A stretch of 64,000 nt of DNA from an uncultured virus (IMG/VR IMGVR_UViG_3300042880_000230) (Duplodnaviria; Heunggongvirae; Uroviricota; Caudoviricetes), in the IMG/VR virus record IMGVR_UViG_3300042880_000230; one strand, written 5' to 3'. Within the stretch, counting starts at the first letter, position 1, and every line of letters begins with the position of its first letter. Below are positions 37,536-45,815 of this stretch, one piece after another. The position numbers were made by a program, and so were the translations under genes. Below the pieces are notes generated by a model. The model saw only the letters and a list, made by a program, of their open reading frames with translations. It was not told the DNA's origin and searched no databases.

Positions 37536-38488
37536 GGAAGCTGGAAGCATAAAGTGCAAGCCGTGCAATTTCGTGCGGTAGTCGTGCCTGACGAGTTGCA
37601 CACTGCCAGACGCGGCGGGAGCGGCGGTGCCGATGCCGCATTGCCCTCATGGCTGAGAATAGCGTGGAGCGGCTGGCGCACCTCTCTATAGATCTGCTCT
37701 TCCGCCCACTCCAGTCTTGCTACAACCGTTAGGTCTTTGTACGGAAGCACACCCGGCCTTGGATAGTCCTTAGCCCCGTAGATAATGGTGACTTTGTCGG
37801 AGATTGGTTCTGTTAGAGTTTCCCGCAGCAGAGGGACGTATAGACTAGCCTGGTTGATGTGGTCGGCATCCGGCCCGGTAAGCGCCTCAAACAGTGTTAG
37901 CTTTTTCGATTTAATCTCCAGCACGCGCAGCCCGTCGTTCGTCCGCATAAGCACGTCAGGCGATCCTTGCACAAAGGATCTTTCCGAAACCACGACCATT
38001 TCGTTGTAGTACGACACGCTTCCTCGGCAGTTAGGACATCCGGCTGGAGCCTTGAGACCGTACCCACGGTGATGCGTGTTACCGCACCCGCAGGACCACA
38101 CGCCGTAGAAGTTAGTCGCTCCGTAGGCGCGGATTAGGCTAGCTCGGATGTGGGTCTCTACTGCTCGACCTATCGCCCACATAATTCGGTCTGCCGACCT
38201 AGGCGAAGTGCTAGTAGTAACCGTGTCAGGGTATAGCCGAAAGATTGCATGCCTTCGCGGGCACCACCCTTTCACTAGTGCGCTAGCGTGAACATAGCGC
38301 GAGCCTAAGCGAACCGCCTCTGCCGCGCTGTCTACGGTAGCTAAGGCGCGAGACAGGGTGCCGCTATCTTCTACGCTAGGAAGGACTTCCTCTGCTAGGG
38401 CAGCGGTTGCTTGTCGGCGTCTGGCTAGCGGGCTTGCCGCCGGGGACGGTAGCTGTAGCTTCTGCCTGATTCTTGTTATAGCACTCAT
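37532..38488 (-). CDS. PD-(D/E)XK exonuclease, Cas4-like, with Zn/Fe-S cysteines
   Basis: CPR, G..H, GSPD, EIKS, Q...Y, terminal C..C..C. Confidence 0.75.
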   Translation of the reverse strand: MSAITRIRQKLQLPSPAASPLARRRQATAALAEEVLPSVEDSGTLSRALATVDSAAEAVRLGSRYVHASALVKGWCPRRHAIFRLYPDTVTTSTSPRSADRIMWAIGRAVETHIRASLIRAYGATNFYGVWSCGCGNTHHRGYGLKAPAGCPNCRGSVSYYNEMVVVSERSFVQGSPDVLMRTNDGLRVLEIKSKKLTLFEALTGPDADHINQASLYVPLLRETLTEPISDKVTIIYGAKDYPRPGVLPYKDLTVVARLEWAEEQIYREVRQPLHAILSHEGNAASAPPLPPRLAVCNSSGTTTARNCTACTLCFQLP

Positions 38489-38844
38489 AGTTGCACGGCT
38501 TGCAAAATTGCGTCCACTACATAGTCAGGGCAAACTACTAGCCTGCCTCCTGGGTGGTGGCGTGTCGCAAGGAACTCAATCTGGATGACAGGCATTTCTC
38601 CCGCCGTCTCCGCCGCCGAGGCTATGGAGTCTAGCATCTTTCGCGTAACGGTAAACGATCCGGCTTCAGTGCATTTGCATTCAAGACGCATAACTGCTCT
38701 GACCCTAACGTCTCCCTTTACCTCCTGATTTCCGCTGCCCGGTGTTACGCTTCCACCTACCCGCTTGGCTAGGATCTTCTCCTGGCGCGGGGCGTGTTTG
38801 TAGCCTTCGGAAGTTCGCTTCCGCTTAGGAATCGACATGCTCAT
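38485..38844 (-). CDS. Hjc-like PD-(D/E)XK endonuclease
   Basis: E..LA..GG..PGSG..KGD..ECK. Confidence 0.7.
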   Translation of the reverse strand: MSMSIPKRKRTSEGYKHAPRQEKILAKRVGGSVTPGSGNQEVKGDVRVRAVMRLECKCTEAGSFTVTRKMLDSIASAAETAGEMPVIQIEFLATRHHPGGRLVVCPDYVVDAILQAVQL

Positions 38845-39350
38845 ATCCGTGCTAGCAAAGCCTCCTCTTCGTCAGTTTCTTCTACGCCAGTCTCTTCGGC
38901 AGATGAGACGGCGCTGACGCCGTAGAGCGCCTCCAGTCGGTCGAGCCTGCGACGACCTCTTTCCTCTACCGCTTTCTGCGCGTTAGCAGAGACAGTGAGC
39001 GCTTGGATGTTGCCTAGCGTATATCCACCCGATGGGTCGATGCGGTCTACGGACATTCTGTTAGCGCGGTCTTCCGACGTGTAGCTGAAAAAGCCTACTG
39101 AAGCAGACCATTCTCTCCATTCGGCTAGTGTCAGTGCGAACGGTATGCGCCTCTGTCTGGCATGGTGCCTAACATCGTTGAAGTATGCCGCCGCAGGGTC
39201 TAGCTTGCGTGCGCGGATAGAGCGGTGCCGGGTGCAATAGCGCGATCTGACAGAGCCTTTCTCGTAGACCTTCCGCTCGCAATCTTCTGCCACGCAGACG
39301 CCGGGCACGCGCTCCGTCTTGCAAGGGAACACCTCAGGCTTCCTCCTCAT
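38841..39350 (-). CDS. HNH-like endonuclease with Zn motif
   Basis: C...DC..YC.RH; SVDRID...GY..GNI......N..K. Confidence 0.7.
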   Translation of the reverse strand: MRRKPEVFPCKTERVPGVCVAEDCERKVYEKGSVRSRYCTRHRSIRARKLDPAAAYFNDVRHHARQRRIPFALTLAEWREWSASVGFFSYTSEDRANRMSVDRIDPSGGYTLGNIQALTVSANAQKAVEERGRRRLDRLEALYGVSAVSSAEETGVEETDEEEALLARI

Positions 39351-40623
39351 TGGTCTCCTCCTCTTCGTCGTGTTCTGCGATAGCGCTTGCCGCAGTCTCG
39401 GCGGCTTTGTGCTTGTTAGCGATCTTCCGCACAAGCGCCATGTCGATTAGCTTGTGGACTTCGTGCAGACCTTCCAGGCTATTGTCAGGCGGTAGCGGCT
39501 CCAGCGAATGCCGCATCCGCATCGCGGCAATAATGGTAGCGCGGACTAGCTTCTGCTCGTAGGGGTTGTCTCGCAGCCACTTGGCAATGTCCTCTTTTTT
39601 GCGGAAGGTGTCCTCGGTGAAATCCGCTAGGCGATACCTGCCTCCGCTGCCTGTAGCTAGGCCGAACTTGAAGCAGTAGACGGCGACGGTTGCGCTGTCA
39701 TCCACTGTGCCTGGAGGCAGTCCGCTTTCGTGTCCGTCCGCTAGCACAACAGTAAACGCTCCTTCGTTGATCGACTTGCCGTGCTTGGTCTTCTCGAATT
39801 TGAAGAACAGTTCAGTGCCTGTCCTAACCTTATCGCCTTCCTCGTCTTTCCCTTCCTCCTCCTTGCCCTTCATGGCGATCTTGGTAGTAGGCAGGTGGTT
39901 GATCTGCCTGCCGCCTGGAAGTGTGCGCGGGTCGCCTAGCACAAAGCCTACCTTCATCCGCCACTGGTTAAGGAGCAGGACGGTGACGTAGTGCCCGCGC
40001 CTGCGCTCGCGCCCCCAAGATGTTATGATCTTGGAACACATAACGCCCATAAGAGCGGCTAGCGCTCCCATCGTCTTGTCCTCGGCAGAGCGGTCCATCA
40101 CCGCCTTCGGCACGCAGGTAGGCACGGAGTCTACGACCGCGAACCCGACTACGTCTACGGCCATCATGGCTGCTAGGGTATCTACTGCCTGCTCGCCTGT
40201 GTCTGGTGTAATAACGCGCAGTCGGCGGGTGTCTACTCCTAGCCTTTTAGCCCACTCAGGATCATACAGCTTCTCGGCGTCTACAAATACCGCTAGCTTA
40301 TTAGGGTGCTTCTTCTGGAACCCTGCGATTGCAAGGAGTGCAACTAGGGTTTTCCCGCTAGACTCAAACCCGTAGATCATACCTGCGTAGCCTTCGGCGA
40401 AACCTCCGCAGAGTCCTAAGTCCAGAGCGAACGCGCCGCACGGTGAGTGGTTAGCGCGGGGCATCTTGTCTCCCCTGACCACGACACCCTGGCCGTGGAC
40501 GCTGACAATCTCCGCTTCCATCTTCTGTAATTCGTCAGACGTAGGCGCGGCGTCGAGTGCTTCGCGCCCTGCTCTAGATGGTGAGGTGGTGCGTGTGCGT
40601 GCTGGTCCTGATTTTGCTGGCAT
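39334..40623 (-). CDS. recA: RecA/UvsX-like recombinase
   Basis: LD.GL.GG, YGFESSGKT, FVDAE, VVDSV, NQWR.K, PGG. Confidence 0.92.
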   Translation of the reverse strand: MPAKSGPARTRTTSPSRAGREALDAAPTSDELQKMEAEIVSVHGQGVVVRGDKMPRANHSPCGAFALDLGLCGGFAEGYAGMIYGFESSGKTLVALLAIAGFQKKHPNKLAVFVDAEKLYDPEWAKRLGVDTRRLRVITPDTGEQAVDTLAAMMAVDVVGFAVVDSVPTCVPKAVMDRSAEDKTMGALAALMGVMCSKIITSWGRERRRGHYVTVLLLNQWRMKVGFVLGDPRTLPGGRQINHLPTTKIAMKGKEEEGKDEEGDKVRTGTELFFKFEKTKHGKSINEGAFTVVLADGHESGLPPGTVDDSATVAVYCFKFGLATGSGGRYRLADFTEDTFRKKEDIAKWLRDNPYEQKLVRATIIAAMRMRHSLEPLPPDNSLEGLHEVHKLIDMALVRKIANKHKAAETAASAIAEHDEEEETNEEEA

Positions 40624-40646
40624 AGTAGTGGTAGATGTTAGTGTTA

Positions 40647-40958
40647 TCAGCCTTTGATGAACTCTTCGCGGTAGTCGGATAGCATGGAGTCCGCCGCCTC
40701 AAAGGCTGCGTCACCTGCCTCCCGGATTCTAGCGGCGGTCGTAGGCATGGAGACCCTGACATGCACTTTGCCGAAGTTGAACTCCCCGAGGTTTTCGGTA
40801 AATCCTAGCTCTACTTCGACGCTAGTCCCGTCAGTCTCGCGTGGTGTGTAGGATGTGTTTCGGATAGGCAGCGCGGTCTTCTCTCCGGTGCGCTTGTTCT
40901 CCGTAATACCTGCCGCTTCGCCTTGTCCGGCTCTTGTTCTTTTCGGTGCTGTAGACAT
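40647..40958 (-). CDS. Hypothetical protein
   Basis: 103 aa; G.T.NLG.F...V pattern. Confidence 0.65.
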   Translation of the reverse strand: MSTAPKRTRAGQGEAAGITENKRTGEKTALPIRNTSYTPRETDGTSVEVELGFTENLGEFNFGKVHVRVSMPTTAARIREAGDAAFEAADSMLSDYREEFIKG

Positions 40959-40996
40959 ATTGGTTGGGTCTTTCTTCGTTTGTTAGGGGTGATTCG

Positions 40997-41539
40997 TTAC
41001 CGCCTGCCTGCTAGCGCTTTTTGCAGCGGCTCTCGGTGGTGTTCTCGCAGGTGCCCTGTCTGCCCGCAGATGATGGACAGAATAGCTAGCAGAATCTTTT
41101 TCGCTTCCGGCACAGAGTAGCAGTAGAACGCGGGTCCGCGCCCGCTCTTTGCTTTCGTTACCGGACGCGGGATGTAGCCGCGTTTGAGCCAGCTACTGAA
41201 TAGCTCTGGACTGCGGCCTAGCACAGCGCTCATCTCAAGCGCTGTTAGCGTGTACTGCGTCTTGCCTGTGGCAACTTCGGTACGCTCCTTGCCGTGCCGC
41301 GCAAACAATCCTGACAGGACGTAGTCTCTTAGCTTGGCGTTATACTTGGACACGCTAGGCGATCTACCTTCCGCTTTCGCTTTCTGCGTGCGCTGGCGCT
41401 CTGCTCTAGCTAGAATCCGCGCTCTGTATTCTGGGTCGTTAGCGTACTTGTCACGCCGCGACGTGTTCATCTTCTCATCCGACTTGGGACGAGTGTACGA
41501 CTTCACCGGAGGCAGTGGGTTGGCTTTGGATGTTGTCAT
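40997..41539 (-). CDS. Putative DNA-binding protein (MerR-like HTH)
   Basis: EMSAVLGRS......W..RG.IP.P...Y.Y. Confidence 0.55.
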   Translation of the reverse strand: MTTSKANPLPPVKSYTRPKSDEKMNTSRRDKYANDPEYRARILARAERQRTQKAKAEGRSPSVSKYNAKLRDYVLSGLFARHGKERTEVATGKTQYTLTALEMSAVLGRSPELFSSWLKRGYIPRPVTKAKSGRGPAFYCYSVPEAKKILLAILSIICGQTGHLREHHREPLQKALAGRR

Positions 41540-41540
41540 G

Positions 41541-42929
41541 TTAGTCTGTGTGAACGGTTACACCGACACTGACAAAGCCTCGGATTCTGGAATTTGCAAA
41601 CGCATTTAGCAGAGGAATGCGACGGTCTATGATAGTGAACCAGCAGGGCACAGGCTTGCTAGCCATCCTGCGGCGGATGCGTCCTATCGTCTGGATTGCG
41701 TCGGCTCGCGGAGTTGCGTCGATGCCTGCGTCTAGCCAAGGGATATTCACACCCTCCCGCATCTGTGCGTATGTCCCTAGCACTATCTTGATCCTGCTGC
41801 TATCCTTGATAGCCTGATGCGCTGCGGCAGTGACTAGGCGCTTGCGCGGCTTCTTGACTCTCCGCTTGAAGTCGTCAGGGTGTATCGTGAAGCCTGTGTA
41901 AAACCCGAAGTCGGCTTTGTCTATGCCTGCCGATACTAACATCTTATGCAAGATTTGCAAATGCCTTACGCTGTCCGACATAATAACCAGCCGACGCCCT
42001 CTTCGGTGCAGGTCTATCGCCGTATCGGTTATGATCTTGTTTCTGCCGGGGCAGTCTGTCAGGAATGGAATGAATGGCGCTAGCTGATTCTTATCGGCTA
42101 GCCATTTCGGCGCTGTGAAATCCGAATAGATAGCGTAGCAGTGGGTCTCCATCTCGTCACCTTCTGCCAGCGCAGATACCGGGCCGAAGTAGTCCTCCAC
42201 AAGACGCCAGCACCCGTCTTTGCGGTTAGGCGTGGCGGTAAGCGCTAGCTTGTACTTCGCAGGGAATAGCGGCAGGGACTTGGAAAACTCTCTAGCACCT
42301 AGCCTGTGCGCCTCGTCCCAGATAACGAAGCCGAACTGCTCGGCCCACCCGCTAGGGATGTCGCCTGTGATTAGGTTATGGATCACCGCTACTACGAACT
42401 CCTTGTCTGCCGGGAAGTACCCAGCTTGAACAATGCCCACCTGCCCCGCTTTAAGACCTAGGTGTTTCCTAGCTTCCTGTATCCACTGGTGTGCCAGGGT
42501 AACGGACGGCACTATCGCTAGCGTGGCGCGTCCAAGAGTGCCTGCCACATAGCACGCGCATACGGTTTTGCCTGAACCTGTCTGCGCCTGGGCGCATGCT
42601 GCTAGCTGAGAACGTGTCCGCTCTAGCACTTCAGCGAAGAAAGCCTCCTGGCCCGGAGGAGCGCTTTTATGCGTAGGCGATGGCAGGCATTTAGCGGTCA
42701 GTGTTCTGGAACCTTCCGTCGTATTGTCTACGATCTCATGTCCATCCTTGCGCAGCCATTCGACGCCGATTGTTAGCGGGAGTCCTGTAAAGGCACCCTC
42801 GCTAACAACCGGGTCGATAGCGTCCACTGGTGTCCCGTCGAAACTCTTAGGCTTCACGACGCAGTGCTGTGCGTACTCCTTCGCTAGGCGGCTAGGAACC
42901 CACAGCATCGAATCGGCTCGGAGCTTCAT
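41541..42929 (-). CDS. SF2 (DEAH) helicase
   Basis: TGSGKT, DEAH, TATP.R.DG, EG.NIP, Q..GRI.R. Confidence 0.92.
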   Translation of the reverse strand: MKLRADSMLWVPSRLAKEYAQHCVVKPKSFDGTPVDAIDPVVSEGAFTGLPLTIGVEWLRKDGHEIVDNTTEGSRTLTAKCLPSPTHKSAPPGQEAFFAEVLERTRSQLAACAQAQTGSGKTVCACYVAGTLGRATLAIVPSVTLAHQWIQEARKHLGLKAGQVGIVQAGYFPADKEFVVAVIHNLITGDIPSGWAEQFGFVIWDEAHRLGAREFSKSLPLFPAKYKLALTATPNRKDGCWRLVEDYFGPVSALAEGDEMETHCYAIYSDFTAPKWLADKNQLAPFIPFLTDCPGRNKIITDTAIDLHRRGRRLVIMSDSVRHLQILHKMLVSAGIDKADFGFYTGFTIHPDDFKRRVKKPRKRLVTAAAHQAIKDSSRIKIVLGTYAQMREGVNIPWLDAGIDATPRADAIQTIGRIRRRMASKPVPCWFTIIDRRIPLLNAFANSRIRGFVSVGVTVHTD

Positions 42930-42957
42930 ACGGTTAGTCTAGTGTAGGCTGCTGGGC

Positions 42958-44064
42958 TTACTCAAACGGCTCTGGCGATGCCTGACCTGTGCGGCGGCGG
43001 GCCGGGCCTGCGGCGACGGGCGCTGCGGGTGCCTGCCTTGCGCGGGCTGGCGCTGCTGCTGGAGCGGGGCGTGCCGCAGGACGTGCGGCAGGCGCTGCCT
43101 GCGGGCGCGACGTAGCGGCGGGCTGGCGCATAGGCACTCGCGCCCTAGCAGGTGCGGCAGGCTGTGCCTCTTCCTCCTGCTCTTGCGCGTCTCCTTCGTG
43201 CTGCATGGGGATCTGGTCGTCGTCGTCTTCTGCTAGGACGGCTTCCTGCTCCCTGCGCGAACCGGGCAGGGCTTTAGGTACTCCTCCCCTAGCCGCAGGC
43301 CGCTCCTCGTCTGCAACAGGCACCGCGAATGCCTTGCAGTAGTCAACGGGTGTGAGGTCTTCGTTAGCAGGCTTGACGACTTTACCCGGATTCTGCGTAG
43401 ACATGAGCGGCTCGTTGCCGTACTCCGCTTCGACTTCGTTCCAGTCTAGCATCTCGAATATCTGGTTATTGTCCAGCATGACAGGCTCGCCGATTGCTGC
43501 CGACTTGTCATCCGTCCCGCGCTGCATGAAGAGGTACATTCCGCGCATCGTGTGCTGGTTACGCTCACAGGCTGCTTGGAGTTGAAGGAACGTGTTCCGC
43601 ATACCGACGGGCACCGCCATGATGCGTCGTGAACCTTTGTGCAGGCGTCCATCTTTGTTGCTAGTCCATTCACCGATCTCGTAGACCGTCATAAGGAATC
43701 GCCGCGAACTGCGCTCGCCTGCCTGGCAGTACGGGCAGTGCTGCCCGACAGACGCCAGACAGATTTCCCGGAGGTTGCGTTTGCTAGTCTGCGGGTCGAT
43801 CAGGTCATGCTCTGTAATGAGGATAGACCCCTGACTCTCTTCGTCTGGTGCGATGAACCAGTCGTCTAGCAGAATGACGCCTTTGCCTTCGCCTTTCGGA
43901 AGCCAAAAGCGGTACGGGAGGTGTCCGGCTTCGCGGCGTGCCTGCTGCTTGCGCTCTTCTTCTTCTGCGATGCGAAGCGCTGCGGGTCCGCTAATGCCCG
44001 CCGACACGGTACGCTGTGGAGTGCGTGCGGTCGAGGCAGGTTTGCGTTGGATAGGTAGTGGCAT
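42958..44064 (-). CDS. Probable single-stranded DNA-binding protein
   Basis: RFWL, H..C...CPYC Zn motif, acidic then Ala/Pro tail; next to primase. Confidence 0.6.
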   Translation of the reverse strand: MPLPIQRKPASTARTPQRTVSAGISGPAALRIAEEEERKQQARREAGHLPYRFWLPKGEGKGVILLDDWFIAPDEESQGSILITEHDLIDPQTSKRNLREICLASVGQHCPYCQAGERSSRRFLMTVYEIGEWTSNKDGRLHKGSRRIMAVPVGMRNTFLQLQAACERNQHTMRGMYLFMQRGTDDKSAAIGEPVMLDNNQIFEMLDWNEVEAEYGNEPLMSTQNPGKVVKPANEDLTPVDYCKAFAVPVADEERPAARGGVPKALPGSRREQEAVLAEDDDDQIPMQHEGDAQEQEEEAQPAAPARARVPMRQPAATSRPQAAPAARPAARPAPAAAPARARQAPAAPVAAGPARRRTGQASPEPFE

Positions 44065-44150
44065 ATTGCTTGTTGTGTTAGTAGGGTTGTGTTAGTGAAG
44101 TCGAGACTTCGTTGTTGTTCTAGTTCTAGTTTGCAGCCTTTGCAATTTGT

Positions 44151-45134
44151 TTATTCCGGGAAAATCATGTTATAGACCTCTTCGCCTGAGAGTCTGTCAG
44201 GGTCTCCATGCGGAGGTAGCTGTGGCGCATACACTTCCACTTCGCCGTCTAATAGATGGAACGCGCCGCCTGTCTCGTATTTGCCTAGCTTGGCATCCCA
44301 CCGACCGAAGATGCCTTGGTCGCCCGCGTCGTCTCCGTCGAATAGCAAATGAACTGGGTCGCCCTTCTCAATTAAAAGGGAGGCCTGCATGCTTGACAGT
44401 TTGCTGCCCATGACTGCTGCTACATCCGCAAACTCTCTAACTCCTTCCTCGACTAGCCGTGCGTAGGCAAACTGCCCTTCGACGATGATTGTAGGAAAAC
44501 CTTGCCGCAGCAGGTGTCCGCCTAGCAGATGCTTTGACTTGTTAAGCGGAGGGTAGGTGTACTTCGGAACCTTTGCCAGATCACTAACACTCCTGCCGAC
44601 GAACCCGTGCAGGATACCGTTTAAGGACTTCACTGGGAACATGACGCGCTGTGCGTCAGGGTCGAACCGTAGCTCCAAGATGGCTGCGGTGCCTTCCCCT
44701 ACACCCCTCCGCAGCAGGTACTCCCTAGCAGACCGCACGCTCCACGCCGCCGGATACATGTAATAGGCGACCGACTCGTCCAGCTTCTGGCTAACGGACT
44801 CCTTGCGAATCATCTCGGTCTCAAACTCCTCGAAATCTACTTCGATCTCTAGCGCTTCGGCCCACGCTGCTAGGGCCGGGTCAAACCTGCCGTCTTGCGC
44901 CGTGACCTTACTAACAAGGTCTGCGACGTTGCCGTGTTCGTGGCAGGAGAAGCAGTGGTATCCGCTCCGGCCTGTCGGATTCGCGTGGATGCGGAAGGAG
45001 GGTCTGCGGTCTGTACCGCGAGCATGGTTGCTAGCAGCGAAAGGGCAAGCCAGCACTAGCCAACCGTCCTGCGCCTGCATAGGATCGTGAAGCCCTAGCC
45101 GCCTGCATACTTCCCTGATGTTGCTCTCTGTCAT
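44151..45134 (-). CDS. DNA primase (CHC2 Zn finger + TOPRIM)
   Basis: CPF..H..D..PSF..CFSC; YL..RG; IVEG; FDGDDAG; DPD. Confidence 0.9.
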   Translation of the reverse strand: MTESNIREVCRRLGLHDPMQAQDGWLVLACPFAASNHARGTDRRPSFRIHANPTGRSGYHCFSCHEHGNVADLVSKVTAQDGRFDPALAAWAEALEIEVDFEEFETEMIRKESVSQKLDESVAYYMYPAAWSVRSAREYLLRRGVGEGTAAILELRFDPDAQRVMFPVKSLNGILHGFVGRSVSDLAKVPKYTYPPLNKSKHLLGGHLLRQGFPTIIVEGQFAYARLVEEGVREFADVAAVMGSKLSSMQASLLIEKGDPVHLLFDGDDAGDQGIFGRWDAKLGKYETGGAFHLLDGEVEVYAPQLPPHGDPDRLSGEEVYNMIFPE

Positions 45135-45222
45135 TGTGCTAGGTGCTTTGCGCCGTGCGGGTTTCTCCGTACCCTCCCAGGTGTTTTATTTCCCGCACGG
45201 CGCATCGCAGATCGTTTCCTGC

Positions 45223-45684
45223 TTACTTGCGAACCTCGACGTGGACGTTCGTAGTGCCTACTCCCGGACGTGCGCAGGTTGTAGCTAGTGCTGATCCAGC
45301 GTGTTCGGTAACCGCCTTCTTCGTAGCGCTAACGCACTTCATGAAGACTTCCTCGCTAACGTGTTTGCGAAGGGCTTCTACCGAGATCGACTCTGTGGTA
45401 GGCGTGTCGATGTACGCCCGCAGCGGCAGCATATCCCCGCTCTCGGTCAGGAGGTCGATGTCTGCGTCTTTCAGCCCCGCCTCCTGCATCGCGGTAAGCA
45501 GCGCCTTGCGTGCCTTCTCCGCCGCGCTCTTAGCGGCGTTTGCCGCTTTGTTGTTAGTGTAGAAGTCCCTCGCCAGGCGCATAATGTCTAGCGAAACTTC
45601 AGGCTTCCCTGCTATCCCGGTAACGGGTGCCCGTCTGCGTGCTGGCGCAGGCTGTGCGACAGGTGAGGATGTAGTGCGTGCCAT
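45223..45684 (-). CDS. Hypothetical protein
   Basis: 153 aa ORF behind a TTGCAA element. Confidence 0.7.
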   Translation of the reverse strand: MARTTSSPVAQPAPARRRAPVTGIAGKPEVSLDIMRLARDFYTNNKAANAAKSAAEKARKALLTAMQEAGLKDADIDLLTESGDMLPLRAYIDTPTTESISVEALRKHVSEEVFMKCVSATKKAVTEHAGSALATTCARPGVGTTNVHVEVRK

Positions 45685-45815
45685 AGTGCTTGTAGTGTTA
45701 GTGGTTATGTTTCGGTTGGGTGCGTCTCCGCACTGCTACCATTGCACCGTGTATTGGATTTGCAAGTGTTATTGCGAATTATTTTATGCCTTTGAGATTT
45801 GCAAGCCGTGCATTT

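Noticed and set aside
37532..38488. Cas4-like gene as evidence of CRISPR-Cas
   Set aside because: Stand-alone in a recombination block, which is common in phages.
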